A DNA stretch of 64,000 bases from Octopus vulgaris (GCA_951406725.2 OX597816.1:39060001-39124000); one strand, 5' to 3'. Counted from the first letter of the stretch, positions 1 through 13,476 are shown. Notes: generated by a model from the letters alone, not told the origin. Translations and numbers: made by a program.

Positions 1-83
1 ATCCCAGGTGTCATTTTTATTATGATAGCCTTTTTTGAGTAGAATTTGACTGATCTTTCTAACAAGTCAAGGCATCACATATA

Positions 84-312
84 TATTTCTTTACTACCCA
101 CAAGGGGCTAAACACAGAGGGGACAAACAAGGACAGACAAATGGATTAAGTCGATTACATCGACCCCAGTAAACTGGCACTTAATTTATCGACCCCGAAA
201 GGATGAAAGGCAAAGTCAACCATGGCGGAATTTGAACTCACAACGTAACAGCAGACGAAATACGACTAGGCATTTCGCCCGGTGTGCTAATGTTTCTGCC
301 AGCTCGCCGCCC
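84..312 (-). mobile_element. tRNA-derived SINE with a Meta-SINE-like central domain; other copies at about 3186-3410, 4735-4946, 14170-14396, 25400-25625, 34310-34520, 37520-37749, 42043-42271, 53630-53845, 62236-62460
   Basis: Shared gcctttcatcctttcggggtcgataaattaagtaccag core; 17-bp TSD tcaaggcatcacatata at 67-83 and 313-329. Confidence 0.85.
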
Positions 313-608
313 TCAAGGCATCACATATAGCTATACCACTACTTTTGGTTCACAGTACTGATATTAGTGATGGCAATGATGATGATGATAGGTGGTGATA
401 AGGATTACAGTGGTGGTGGTAGTGGCAGTGGTTATTTGTAGTGGTGGTGATCACAGTAGTGGTAGTAAGATGGCGGTGGTTATTTGTGGTGATAGTTAGG
501 GTAATGGTCGTGGTGGTGGTGGTGGTGGTATGGTATGTGTAAATATTGAATGACTGAATGAATCAGTGATAATATAACTTCTATCTTATCTCCTTTATTT
601 TTCTTCAG

Positions 609-697
609 ACATGGAACACGATGTGCTGGAGAAGTAGCTGCTGAAGCAGGTAACAATATTTGTGGGATTGGTGTAGCGTATAATGCACGTATAGGAG
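609..697 (+). CDS. FURIN: Furin-like proprotein convertase, internal exon with catalytic His ([29 protein letters not shown])
   Basis: ttcttcag acceptor, G|gtaag donor; 89 nt; HGTRCAGE kexin motif; not in the ORF track. Exact orthology (furin vs PC5-like) not determined. Confidence 0.96.
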
Positions 698-2102
698 GTA
701 AGATTATTTTCTGTTTTCGCTATATCTTGTTATCTCTCTAATTATCTCATTAGTTTTCTCCCTTTTCAGTCATCCACCATCTCATCTCAGCCTGCTTCTG
801 TAGATATCCGTGTGTCAGGTCAATCATCTAATCTTAATAAGATAAAATTTCTTTGTTGCTCTTGTTTTTTCCAGTCAGTGTATCTAGGACTACATTTATT
901 CAGTGTGTTCTTCCCTTTTTTTTTGAGGTAGTTCATAGTTTGTAGTTAGATGTATAGGCAGGGACATATGGTAAGAAATTTATTTCCCAACCACATGGTT
1001 CAGGTTCAATCCCACTGCATGGCACCTTTGGCAAATGTCTTTCACTATAGCTCCAGATGAATCAAAGCCTTGTGAGTGAGTCCAGTAGAGAGAAACTGAA
1101 AGAAACCCATCATACACACACACACACATGAATGTATGTGTCTTTGGTTTGTGTTTGTGCCCCACATCTGCTTGACAACCAGTGTTAGTTTGTTTATATT
1201 CCTGTAACTTAGCAGTTTGGCAAAAGTAGAAGTTGCAGATGTGCTCTACTTACCATCGGTTACCACCAACAATTATTCTGTACCAACCCACTTGACTTCA
1301 AATCACTACTGGTCACCCCCAGGCCCTCTCTATCCATCGCCTCCCTTACGTTCGGAACCTACCTACCCTACCATTAACCAATAATCTACCCATATCTCTC
1401 TATTGTATTCCATACTGAAGTTATTATTTTCCAAGTCATATTGTTCCATTGTTTGGAGAACAATTCTGATTTTTAAAATATCTCAGTTATGTAGTTAAAC
1501 TTGTGTGTAGATGTTAGTGGTGTTGGTGGTGGTGGTGGTAGCAACAATGATAGTGTCAGTGATTGGTGATGGTGGTAGTGATGGTGTCTTTGTTATTGTT
1601 GTTAATAGTGCTGCTGATGCTTTTGTTGTCCAGTTATTTATGTTTACATTTTTGAACAACTCAGCATTGAATTTGATAAACAATGGTATTTGAAAGCATT
1701 TACATAAAGCAATCTATACGCTTAAGGTTGTGGTAGATTATGGTACATTGGTATATTCCCAATGAATCTTGGTGATTCTACAGCTTAACCCTTTCCTTAG
1801 AGTATTTCTAATGATAGATGAGGGTTCTGAAACTTCTTACTGCTTGGATGATTTGTTAATTGTGATCAGATGTTTGTAATGTACACCAGCACACTCCCTT
1901 CATCTAATCAAAATTGCCTGGTGTGCCATTCATGGTGTGCCATATGTCAGATGTCAAAGTGATTGCTGAGTAGTGTGAAATAAAGTTGGGTTTTTTTCTC
2001 TAGAACACAACACATCACCTAGTTCGGAAATTGAAACCATGATCTTGTGATCCTGTGTATGACATAATAACCGCCCAGTCACATGCCTTCACTCTAAAGA
2101 TA

Positions 2103-2843
2103 TACCGTAAATCCTCCAGTATAATCCGCATTTTTTCCCAAAATTTAAAGGTCAAAATCCCTAGTATGTACTATATACGAGGTTAAAAATGAAAACTATT
2201 TTCTAAGCAATGTCCGAGTCTCTATTTGCTGCCCAGCAATGTTTATTCAGACGCATTTTGTGATGTAGGGCACGAAAATACCTTAAGCTAAGCCTAAAAG
2301 CAATGAAGTCATAAAAGAATCATCCATAACTTCCAATAAGCAACATTAATTAAAATTAAAATATTCAGAACACAAAATAACATGTAACAAAAACAATTTG
2401 CCAACATATTTACATTCCCATATAACAGTTAAGAACATCACTATTATCGTATTACGCTGCCAGCCTCATCTGGCACCTGTGCAGGTGGCACGTAAAAAGC
2501 ACCCACTACACTCACGGAGTGGTTGGCATTAGGAAGGGCATCCAGCTGTAGAAACACTGCCAGATCAGACTGGGCCTGGCGCAGCCTTCTGGCTTCCCAG
2601 ACCCCAGTTGAACCGTCCAACCCATGCTAGCATGGAAAACGGACGTTAAACGATGATGATGATGGTGATGATGATGCACGGAAGTGTTTGTTCAACTAGG
2701 TGCTGCTGGCTTAATTACTCACGGCTCAAGTAGAGAAAGGGTGCGTATTATACACAAGGTTCAGGTTTTTCAGAGGTACAGACCCCTAAAAATCCCTTGC
2801 GTATTATACTCATGGGTGGACTATACTCAAGGATTTATGGTGC
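2103..2843. mobile_element. Tc1/pogo-type MITE interrupted by a (GAT)n-tailed retroelement (about 2460-2675)
   Basis: TIRs taccgtaaatcctcc/gagtata ... tatactcaaggatttatggt; second copy at 54400-54872. Confidence 0.75.
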
Positions 2844-5348
2844 ATTGCTTTTATTTCATTTAATATTGGAAGCAGTAAGAATTAGTAAAATAACCTTGTT
2901 GTTGTTAAACTAGTGTTTGAGACATATTAACATGAAATTTTCTTAGGCTGTTTTGATTTAGATCACTTTAAACAGCAAGTTTCAATCAGGATCAGTTGCA
3001 GATTGATTAGTCACAGAAGGATAAATCACACTTTCAGAATACACAAGGGGTGAGAAAAATCATAGTGTGACTGTGTGACGTAGGTGCAGGTGTAGCATAG
3101 GTGCTGGTGTGGTAAGAAGATTGCTTCCTAATCACGTTTCTGGTTTCAGTCCCACTGTGTGACATTGTATATATATATATATTTAAGGCGGCGAGCTGGC
3201 AGAAACGTTAGCGTGCCGGGCGAAATGCTTAGCGGTATTTCGTCTGTCGTTACGTTCTGAGTTCAAATTCCGCCAAGGTCAACTTTACCTTTCATCCTTT
3301 CGGGGTTGATAAAGTACCAGTTTCACACTGGGGTTGATGTAATCGACTTACTTCCTTTGTCTGTCCTTGTTTGTCACCTCTATGTTTAGCCCCTTGTGGG
3401 CAGTAAAGAAATATATATATATGTGTGTATGTGTATTCATGTATGTTTTGGGGTTTGTGTTTGCCTCCCCCCACCATCGCTTGACAACTGATGCTGGTGT
3501 GTTTACTCTCTGTAACTTAGCAGTTCAGCAAAGGAGACCAATAGAATAAGTACTAGGCTTACAAAGAATGAGTCTTGGAATTGATTTCTTTGACAAAAAA
3601 ATCCATTAAGGCAGTGCTGCAGCATGGCCACAGTCAAATGACTGAAACGCGTAAAAAGAATTTTAAAAAAAAGAATATATGCTAAATGCTTTTAATAATT
3701 TACTCACTGAATAGAAGAAAGTACTAGTCAAGTATGGTGTTGATTTAACTGACTCTATGTCTCCCCAAGTGGATGCACATGGCTTTGTGGTTAGGGTGTT
3801 GAACTCATGATCGTAGGGTTGTGGTTTCGATTCCTGAACCGGGCAATGCGTTGTGTTCTTGAGCAAAACACTTTATTTCACGTTGCTCCAGTCCACTCAG
3901 CTGGCAAAAATGAGTAATCCTGCAACGGACCAGCGTCCCATCCAGGTGGGGAATTTCTACACCACTGAAACCGGGAAACCGGCCCTTATGAGCCTGGCAT
4001 GGCTCAAGAAGGAACATTTATTTTTTTTATTTGTTTCCCAAAAAAATTTGTGGCTTTGTATCTATGTTTATAACCAATAATTAAGTCACCCACCTCGTCA
4101 CCATCTTATTTCAATGGTGTACTAAAGTTGTTGTTGTTGTTTAGTATGACAGTTTGGCCAACAGAGACTGCTAAAGTAGCGCTTGACTTAAAATAGATAC
4201 TGGGGTCAACTGACTGACTAAAACCTTCAAGGCAATGTCCCAACATAGCTAAAGTCCAGTGACTAAAGCCAGCAATAGAATAAAGGACAAGAGTATCTAG
4301 GACTACATTATTTAATATATTCCTTTTTTTTTTAAGGTAGTATGGTGGGATTTGAGAAGTATTTGGCTGCTATTGATGGTGGGTCAAACAACTTGTAGAA
4401 GTCTTCACCCGCACCTTTTGGAATCAGAAATGAAGTATTAATTTTGTGTGTTCCTCTTTCTTTTGAAAGGAAAAAAAGAAAAAAAAATGTTTTCTCAGCA
4501 GCAATAAACTTATTCATTGCCTGCTTATTGGGTTATCAAATCTTGCTGAAGAAATGTTTGTATTTTTGTTCTTAACTGTAATGTTTATAGATGTTGCCAT
4601 TATCATCATTAACTCTTTTGATACCAACCCACCTGGAGCCACTCTTAGTTCTATGATACAAACATCTGGTTTTAAAATTATCTAAGTTAAAATCTTCCAG
4701 GTTAGTTTATGTTCCAAGCACAGTTTAATAATCCTTTCTACTAAATGCACAAGGCTTGAAATTTTGAGGGTGGGGACAAGTTGATTACATTGACCCCATT
4801 GTTTCACTGGTACTTAATTTATCAACCCTAAAAGGATGAAAGGCAAAGTTGACCTCAGCAGAATTTGAACTCAGAGCCTAAAGACAAATGAAATGCCACT
4901 AAGCATTTTACCTGGTGGGCTAATGATTCTGCCAGCTCACTGCCTTCAAAAAGTTTAATAATGACTGTTATACGAGTAAATTTTCCATTATTCATCATTT
5001 AACATCCATGTCCCACACTAACATGGATAGGACAGTTTAATGGGATCTGATGGCTGTAAAGACTGCATCATGCTTCAGTGCCTGCTTTGGCATGATTTCT
5101 ATTTCTGGTTGCCCTTCCTAATGTCAACCACTTCATAGCATGTACTAGGTGCTTTTGTTCATGCTACCAACACTATTGAGTCACCATACAGCTCACAAAA
5201 CTATGAACTCTAAGGGAAGTGGGTCAGCTAATGTATACCAACTGACATTTACCTCTGTATTTACACTTAAGAGTTAATCATATCATGCAGAACCCAATAT
5301 TTTTCATTGTGTAGTTTTAATAACACTTGCTTTATTATTATTTTATAG

Positions 5349-5521
5349 GTGTACGCATGTTGGATGGATTTGTAACCGATGCTGTAGAGGCGGCATCACT
5401 AAATCTGAACCCTCAGTATATAGATATATACTCTGCCAGTTGGGGCCCCGATGACAATGGGGAAGTTGTTGATGGACCAGGACCTCTCACGAGAGAAGCA
5501 TTTGCTAGTGGGATTCAAAAG
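5349..5521 (+). CDS. FURIN: Furin-like convertase exon (GVRMLDGFVTDAVEAASLNLNPQYIDIYSASWGPDDNGEVVDGPGPLTREAFASGIQK)
   Basis: ttttatag acceptor, AAG|gttagt donor; 173 nt; phase 1 to 0, in frame with the previous exon; SASWGP motif. Confidence 0.97.
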
Positions 5522-5770
5522 GTTAGTTTTATTCTCCAGTATTTTACTAAATTTAAATTCAGTTTGTTTGGGTTTTTTTGTTTTGTAATAGCACAGCAAG
5601 GTATAGATATGGCTGTGTGATTAAGAAGTTCACTGATTCTCAGGTTCAGTCCCATGTGTATGGACCTTGGACGAATGTCTTCTATATATATATATACACA
5701 CACACACCTTATTTGTAAGTACATGTTGTCTATAGAAACTTCATGATACCTGACAATTATTTTCAAATCA

Positions 5771-5939
5771 ATCTCTACTAAATGTCACCACTCTGTTCTA
5801 TTTCATTTTTGTTTACTGCCTGTGTTGCATACTACACGCTCTGTTTGCTTTTTGAAAAAAAAGAAACAAAGCGTGTAATATGCAACACAGGCAGTAAACA
5901 AAAATGAAATAGAAGAGAGTGGTGATATTTAGTAGAGAT
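5771..5939. repeat. Long inverted repeat, about 76-bp arms with 4 mismatches
   Basis: atctctactaaatgtcaccactct...gctctgttt versus aaacaaagcgtgtaata...gtggtgatatttagtagagat. Confidence 0.9.
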
Positions 5940-8083
5940 GACCTAGAAGTTGTTGCTTTTCAATTACTATTGCAAACAGCACTAGCTTTCTTCAGCTGAG
6001 TACATGTCATTGATTGGTTAAAATTACTCAAATAAGAAAACTTTAACATGAAATAACTTCTAAAATACAAAATTTTGCCAAAAATGTTGAAAGTAAACTG
6101 TGTTCAGCGTGAGAAATTACACTAGTATATGAAGTTTCAAACTGTTTAGTTAAAAAAAATAATAATTAAAAAATTTGTGAGCAAAACTGAAGAGATCCCT
6201 TGTATGCCAGCCAGAAAATACAGTATTCTTACACTAAATTGTAAAGAATTTTAATTTTCTTAAAAATATTTTAAACTAGGTTTGATATCAAATGTAATAT
6301 GTAATGAAAGAAATTATGAGAAATGGTTTACTTGATAACCTCTGATCATCTCTTTTCTAAAATAAAAGCTACATTGAATATTTAGTAATGACCCAGATAC
6401 ACTGACATTTATGTTGCTGATAACACTTCCCTACATTCTGGAACTTTTTCTTAAATGAAAGTGTGTGTTTATCTTGTAGATTTTGCAGTAGCTTTTCTAA
6501 ATCTGTTACCATTCCCTTTCCATCCCACTCCCATGTTATTTTTGATTACATGACATTCTTAATCCTTTTGATACCAACCCAGCTGAGACTGCTCCTGGTT
6601 CTGTGACACAAACTTCCTGTTTTAAAATGGTCTAAATTAAGACATGCTAACAAAATATTATTTCGGTTTATGTTCCAAATACCAGCTTAATAATGACACT
6701 TATTTTATTAAATTCTTCATTATTTTCAAAATTTAAGTGAAACAAAAGTAGTTTAGTGTATTTCAACAGAAATATTGTAACATAAAAGTTACATAAATCG
6801 TTGCAATAAAAATATATTCACTTCAGAAATAAAAAAAGAAAAAGCAATAAACCTTAATTCATCATTACCATCAGCATCATTATTGTTTTTACATTGGATT
6901 GGGTTTATGCTGCCACATGGTGGACAAATCATTGTATTCTATAGCTTGATGCATTTTCTGTTGCCAACACTTATCTGATTTTCAAGTAAGTTATTTTTAT
7001 TCCACTGATCTTGAAACATCAAAACTAAACCATGTCACCCACTGGGTTACACTGATTCTCCCTGGCAATTACATTAGGGTTACGTTTGTTTTTGGAATAC
7101 TCAACCACTTCACATTTTAATACAATAAATGAAATAACCAAGAGGAAGTTATCCTCAGATCAGACTCTTACTCTGAAGGTTTGAAACAGATTGGATTCCA
7201 GTGAATGCATCTAAGAACTGTGTGGTGGTGTTAAAGCTGGCATTTGATTAAATCTGCCATCCATTCTTAAAGTTTATTTTCTAAGAAAGAAGAGCAATGT
7301 GGTGCCTATACTGAACTGGAAAAAATTTTGGGAGATTAATACAGCAAAATGTTTTAATTAGACATATTTACGAAGAAAGTTCCAATGGTGTGCTGATTGT
7401 AGAAGACTAGCACATTAAATAATTTAGTAACAAAATGTTTAGGAAAGAAATTCCAGCAGAGTTTTGAATTTGCAAGGAAGCTCTTAAGTGTCTAATAATG
7501 TCTGAGAGGAAGCATAAAGGAATAAATGGTGAATATATATTAGGAATTAAGAGAATATACTACATCATCATTGACATCTTAACATCCACTTTTCCATGCT
7601 TGCATGGGTGAGATGGAATTCATTGAAGCAGATTTTGTACAGCTGGATGCCCTTCTTGTTTCCAACCTTTACCTGTTTCTAAGTAAGGTAATATTTCCCC
7701 ATGACCAGACATGTTTTCACAGAGTATTGGCAACAAAGGACAACACTTGCATTATGATGACACTCATTTGTAACTATCATGAAATGTCATGGCAAGGCGA
7801 CTCACACTCATATTTATCTAATGGGCGTTTTTCAGTTTCCATCAACCAAATCCACTCACACGGCTTTAGTCAGCCCAGAGCTAAAGTAGAAGACACTTGC
7901 CCGAGGTACCTCACAGTGGGATTGAACCCATGACCATATAGTTGCGAAACAAACTTCTTACCACACAACCACATGGAGTGAATGTATCTTCTAAGAATAG
8001 AAAACATTTGTAGAAACTACAAGATAAATTGAATAAGAACAATTTTCCACTCTACCATTCTGTTTTCTTGTTTTATTTTGCAG

Positions 8084-8296
8084 GGAAGAGGTGGCTTAGG
8101 TAGTATCTTTGTCTGGGCGTCTGGTAACGGAGGCTCTTATTATGATTCTTGCAATTGCGATGGATACACTAATAGCATCTACACCTTATCAATCAGTAGT
8201 ACATCAAAAAATGGTGTAAAACCTTGGTATCTAGAAGAATGTGCTTCAACAGTCGCTTCTACTTACAGTAGTGGATCCTTCAATGAGCCGCAGATT
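8084..8296 (+). CDS. FURIN: Furin-like convertase exon with oxyanion Asn ([17 protein letters not shown]...[14 protein letters not shown]...[11 protein letters not shown])
   Basis: ttttgcag acceptor, ATT|gtgagt donor; 213 nt; phase 0-0. Confidence 0.97.
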
Positions 8297-8629
8297 GTGA
8301 GTTTGTCTTTTATTCTTGCTTTCTTTTTTTTTTCTTTTTTCCTCATTTGAAAAATTGCACAACTGAGGAATTTTGTTTCTATACATTTCTGTTTTTGTTT
8401 GCCATATTTTTGTCATTCTGCATAATGTTTTTGTTATAAACAAGAAGGTAAGTTATTGACTGAAGCAAACAGTTAGGTGGTGGTGATGGTGGGGGGGTTT
8501 TTGTTGCTGCTGCTATTGTTGTTGTTGTTGTTTGGCCACCAGTCATCCATGATCACACAGGCCTATGATGTATAACTTTGACACAAGTATATCTAGGATT
8601 CCTTAATTATCTCTTCACCTGACCTGTGT

Positions 8630-8960
8630 GGAGGCACATGGCTCAGTGGTTAGAACTTTGGGCTCACAATCATGAGGTAGTGAGTTCAATCCCCAGACTA
8701 AGCCGTGTGTTGTGTTCTTGAGCAAGACACTTTGTTTCATGTTGCTCCAGTTCACTCAGCTGTACAAAATGAGTAGCGACATCACTGGTGCCAAGCTGTA
8801 TCGGCCCCTTTGCTTTTCCTTTGGATAACATTGGTGGCGTGGAGAGGGGAGGCTGATATGCATGGGTGACTGCTAGTCTTCCATAAACAATCTTGCCCAG
8901 ACTTGTACCTTGGAGGGGAACTTTCTGGGTAGAATCCTATAGTCATTCATGACCGAAAGA
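8630..8960 (+). mobile_element. tRNA-headed SINE (related copies at about 3771-4015, 30232-30565, 61335-61632, and 63490-63720 on -)
   Basis: ggcacatggctcagtggttaga A-box head, gagttcaatccc B-box, conserved body. Confidence 0.7.
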
Positions 8961-9639
8961 TGACTTTTTTTTTTTTACCTGACCTGTGTATTACATATGA
9001 TACACAGGACATATTTCCATGGTATCCATGCATCATATATAATACATATTCCCAACTTTTTTTTAAACCACTGGAATAACTTGAGACCTATGAAAGGAAA
9101 GCTTTATATTATTCAGCCATAACATATATGAAACAAAAGATAAAAGTCAGAAAATAAGCATGGACATTTAGGATAAACTTATGAAAATGCTTTGGACAGG
9201 CAGAGATTTAATGCATATGTTTCCTTATTTGATTTGAGGGAGATTTATCTATTATTTCTACCACATTGAGCAGACATATGAAGGCTCTCTCACTATTTTT
9301 TTAAGTGATTTATCTTGGCCCATAAAAAAATTGGTTCAACTTTTCCATCTTTTTTTTTTTCTGATATATGCTATTTCTTCTATGCTTTCTGTTCATCAAT
9401 TTGAGAAAATATCAAAATAGTGAAGAAAAAATCAAATACAATAATTTTTAATTGTTTAATTGCTAATAAGAAATATAATTTTTGGATTATTAACCTTATA
9501 ACCTCATTAACTTTTTAATATTTGCTAACATTTAACCATTAAACCAATTAAAATATTGTGTAGATGTAATTGTGAGAAAAATACTAATCTCTAAAGTTGA
9601 GTTAAATAGTTTGAATAACAAACTATAATCTTACAAACA

Positions 9640-9880
9640 TGCGACGATTTCATCTCAATCAAAGGAGAGGGGCTTTCTCCGTCCGGGTTGCGGATCCGTG
9701 GAATAAGCTGCCGGACGAGATAGTGAAGATGCCAATGACCGCTCAGTTCAAAGTCTCTCTTGACCAGAAATGGCCTGAACTCTTTGCATGAATACCCTCC
9801 CTGTACATAACTCCATGTCCCCCTACATGGCCTTGCTTTTTGCTTTTTGAGCCAAAAAATTAACTTAACTTAACTTAACT
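9640..9880 (+). mobile_element. CR1-type LINE 3' end with (TTAAC)n tail
   Basis: Translates RRGAFSVRVADPWNKLPDEIV...FKVSLD, the CR1 ORF2 C-terminal F..RV...WN.LP motif. Confidence 0.8.
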
Positions 9881-9995
9881 TTTAAATTTAATTTTTGAAG
9901 AATTATATTATTTAGTTTTAATTCCTCAAAAAGTAAACAACATCCCTGTCAGAAGATTAATGAAAGAATCATCACTCACATAGACTAGTGCCTTA

Positions 9996-10575
9996 TGTAG
10001 ACAAACTATATGAAACTGTGTGAGGGGCAGGTACCTCGCTTGGCCCTGCTTGAGATTCGAAACCAAATCCGCTCATTTGTTGCTTCTCAAACAAGCGTGA
10101 AATCCTTTGTGTTTATATCTCCACACCAGATAATTCATGGGAAACACTTGACTTCCTGAGATCTTGCTGGTTATGGAAGGGTCAGTCCTTTGTTTAGGAT
10201 TTCATCGACTTTCCTGGCCATAGACTATATAACAGAGGGCATTTCTCTCTCTACCCTCTTTGACTTTCTGTCAGCAACCAAAGAACACCTTTCAGCTGAA
10301 TCGAAGGGACCAGGCAACCTTTACCCTTTCTTCCTCTCTGTCAGCAGAGTGCAATCCTTACTTTTTCTCTCTCTGTCAGCAGAATGCACAACTACAAACA
10401 GGCGAAACTTTGTCACTGTCAATTCTGAATAATTACTGTTATCTGTCTTACTAACAACTGCGGGCAAATAAATCTGTAAATATTATTCTGTATTCTTCAG
10501 TGTTCTTCTTTGCTTGGTATCGCCATTGTGAGAACTTTGTCTTCACTTCAACAGCAGTTACGTCAAAACACTACA
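9996..10575 (+). mobile_element. Possible solo LTR
   Basis: TGTAG...CTACA termini, internal TATA-like (tatataa) and AATAAA; no clear TSD. Confidence 0.4.
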
Positions 10576-10979
10576 TATTTATACACACGTACACATATGT
10601 GGTTAAGTGTATGAATATTTATATTCTAAAGTGTTGCTTGTCACTGTCACTAGCAAAGTAAAACAGTGATATGATGTCTACCTTCCTTGTTGATATTATG
10701 ACTGTGACTGGTTGCTCTGTGCTTTCAAAACCTGTGAAATACCAAAAAATTCCCTTGCTTGAAAAACCGCTAAAGGTTGGTAATAAGAAGAGCATCTGGC
10801 CATGAAACCCTTCCTCAAAGAAATCCTTGTACGACCCATGCTACCATTAAATGAACAAATGAATGAATAGACTGGTTATTGTTACACACTGTCCAAAATA
10901 CATCATTTAATATTATTAATTGTAATTTTTTTTCATAAGCCTTCCTAATATTTGTTCTTGTCTTTTTCTTTAATTCTAG

Positions 10980-11080
10980 GTTACAATTGACCTCCGGAAA
11001 AAATGCACTTCTACACATACTGGTACATCTGCATCTGCACCTATAGCTGCAGGAATTGTAGCTCTTGCGCTGGAAGCCAA
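10980..11080 (+). CDS. FURIN: Furin-like convertase exon with catalytic Ser ([33 protein letters not shown])
   Basis: ttctag acceptor, AA|gtaact donor; 101 nt; HTGTSASAP motif. Confidence 0.96.
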
Positions 11081-11807
11081 GTAACTATTGTCTTATTTTT
11101 GCTTTTGTAATAGTTTTTCCAACTTAAAATGACATTACTCTCTTTAAAGAAGTTTTTTTCTCAATCTCAGCAAACAACCTCACTAGTATGGACGGCATGA
11201 TAAAATGCATTTGGTTTGCTTTGTAAAATGGTTTATGGTAGGAAGAGCATCTGACCATAAAAACAGACACCAAAGCATGCTACGATATAATAAGGACTTA
11301 TATTCACCATGTTAATAATTATCATCATCATTGTTTAACATTCGTTTTCCATGCTAGCATGGGTTGGACGATTTGACCGAGGTCTGGCGAACCAGATGGC
11401 TGCACCAGACTCCAATCTGATCTGGCAGAGTTTCTACAGCTGAATGCCCTTCCTAACACCAACCACTCCGAGAGTGTAGTGGGTGCTTTTACATGCCACT
11501 GGCACAAGGGCCAGTCAGGCACTACTGGCAACAGCCACACTCAAATGGTATTTTTTACATGCCACCTGCACAGGAGTCAGTCCAGCGGCACTGGCAACGA
11601 CCTCGCTTGAATGCTTTTTCACGTTCCACCGACACAAGTGTCAGCAAAGTGACGCTGCTAACCATCACGCTCGAATGGTGCTTTTTACGTGCCACTGGCA
11701 CGCAGGCCAGCTTTATGAAGAGAATACATGAGAGAGATAGGACCAACACCAAATAGACCCAAATCAGGGACTATTTGAAATTAACTACTGTACAGTCTAA
11801 ACATGAC

Positions 11808-11953
11808 TAACCTGTTAGCATATTTCCTACAAAGTCATTCTAAAAGTAAACAAATGCATCATTGAAGTCTCAAAGCTACAAAATAATGCATGATTAATTT
11901 TTTAAAAATTGTGAACTACATTTGACAGAGTAATTTGGATGCTAAAGGGTTAA
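11808..11953. mobile_element. piggyBac-like MITE (other copies at about 17941-18152, 19088-19250, 51112-51324, 54229-54916, 55763-55944)
   Basis: ttaaccctttagca ... tgctaaagggttaa termini with TTAA, repeated across the window. Confidence 0.65.
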
Positions 11954-12290
11954 GGATATAAAGACCAGAAGGTAGCTGGGCCATCAGCAGTAGTCACTGA
12001 GATACTGAAAATATCTTATGAAGAAGGTCACATGCTAATCGCCTGCATAGCCGTATCAGATAATACAGGAACGTGTCATATCCTATTACTGGCAGAATAG
12101 TCTCATCATCATCATCAACTATTATTACAAGAACAAAGGAGATACTCTTGGGAAAAGCAACTACAATGGCATCAAATTGATAGATCTACAGCATGTTTTA
12201 TCAAACGATCTGGTTGTTAGATTTTAACTGTATTACACGAAACAAAGAACTACATGAATACTAAAACTGATTGGTTTTATGTACTTGCAG

Positions 12291-12394
12291 TAAAAACTTG
12301 ACATGGCGAGATATTCAGTACATAACAATTCTAACAGCAAGGCCTGAACCAATGACAGATGGACAATGGACAAGAAATGCCTTGGGAAGAAATG
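12291..12394 (+). CDS. FURIN: Furin-like convertase exon (NKNLTWRDIQYITILTARPEPMTDGQWTRNALGRN)
   Basis: ttgcag acceptor, G|gtaagt donor; 104 nt; LTWRD motif; phase 2 to 1. Confidence 0.95.
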
Positions 12395-12859
12395 GTAAGT
12401 TTATTTTGTAAAGGAATTAATGTTGTTGACTTTTCCTTGTCAATGTTAGTCTTAATAACTTGCTCTCACTCAACTGTAGCAGAACCCCCCACCCCCAGCT
12501 AAAAGACACTTGATATCTCAAGAAGCAAGCTAAATATACAAGGTGGAAGTGTTGGGTTATTCTGCAGTGGCTGTGTAACTTTCAAAAGAAGGAAACACCT
12601 GAGACAATAGGTGTTAGTCTTAGGACAACAGCTGCCATTGCCACCACTATCACATCACAGCAAGTAACAACAATAGCACATGTCACTATCACTGCTAGAA
12701 CATGACATAAACAGGAGCTTTCATCACTATGTGATCATGTTACGAACGATACTCATCTAAAACATCATGTTTTAAAAATACTGGCCCAGGCAATTTCTTA
12801 AAGCCTCCCATAGAGATCCCATATACTTCATGCTGTCATAAATGTGAACAGGAGCTTGG

Positions 12860-12906
12860 GATGTTGGCCTTGGGTCAACAGCAGCAGTTGACCCAAGGCC
12901 AACATC
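12860..12906. repeat. Perfect 20-bp hairpin with a 7-nt loop
   Basis: gatgttggccttgggtcaac-agcagca-gttgacccaaggccaacatc. Confidence 0.95.
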
Positions 12907-13358
12907 TAAATATTATCTCATAGTATTCCTCTTTTGAAAACTAGGCAGCAAATATTGAATGACCTTTCCTGCGTTTTTTTAATCATCATCATCATCATCG
13001 TTTGGACGGTTCGACCGGGGTCTGGGAAGTCAGGGGCTGCACCAGGCTCCAGTCTGATCTGGCAGTGTTTCTACAGCTGGATGCCCTTCCTAACACAGAA
13101 GTGAAAAAGACAATTGGACAACAGAGTTGAGGAAGATGAAGCTAGCACAATTTCCCTTTGTTTTCACTATTCTCAAGGACCTTGTAAACAGGATGCTGCA
13201 CCACCATTCCTTATAAAAACATCATAAACAAAATAATTAAAAAAAAACAAGTTTGAATATATTTTCAAATATGATTATGATCAAAATATGCCTGCAGCTA
13301 AAATTTAATTCATTTCATTGAAGTTGTCTTTGATTATGTTCTTTTTCTACATATACAG

Positions 13359-13476
13359 TGAGTTTACGTTATGGATATGGACTGATGGATGCTGTTGCTA
13401 TGGTAAATTATGCTAAACTATGGGTGAAACTTCCAGAGAAACACATATGTGAAGTAGTTTCAAAAGAATTCCGTGT
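13359..13476 (+). CDS. FURIN: Furin-like convertase exon (VSLRYGYGLMDAVAMVNYAKLWVKLPEKHICEVVSKEFR)
   Basis: atacag acceptor, GT|gtaagt donor; 118 nt; GYGLMDA motif; phase 1 to 2. Confidence 0.95.

Noticed and set aside
365-535. (GGT)n/(GAT)n low-complexity tracts and the ORFs they create (also 1511-1693 and 33500-33691)
   Set aside because: Degenerate trinucleotide microsatellites
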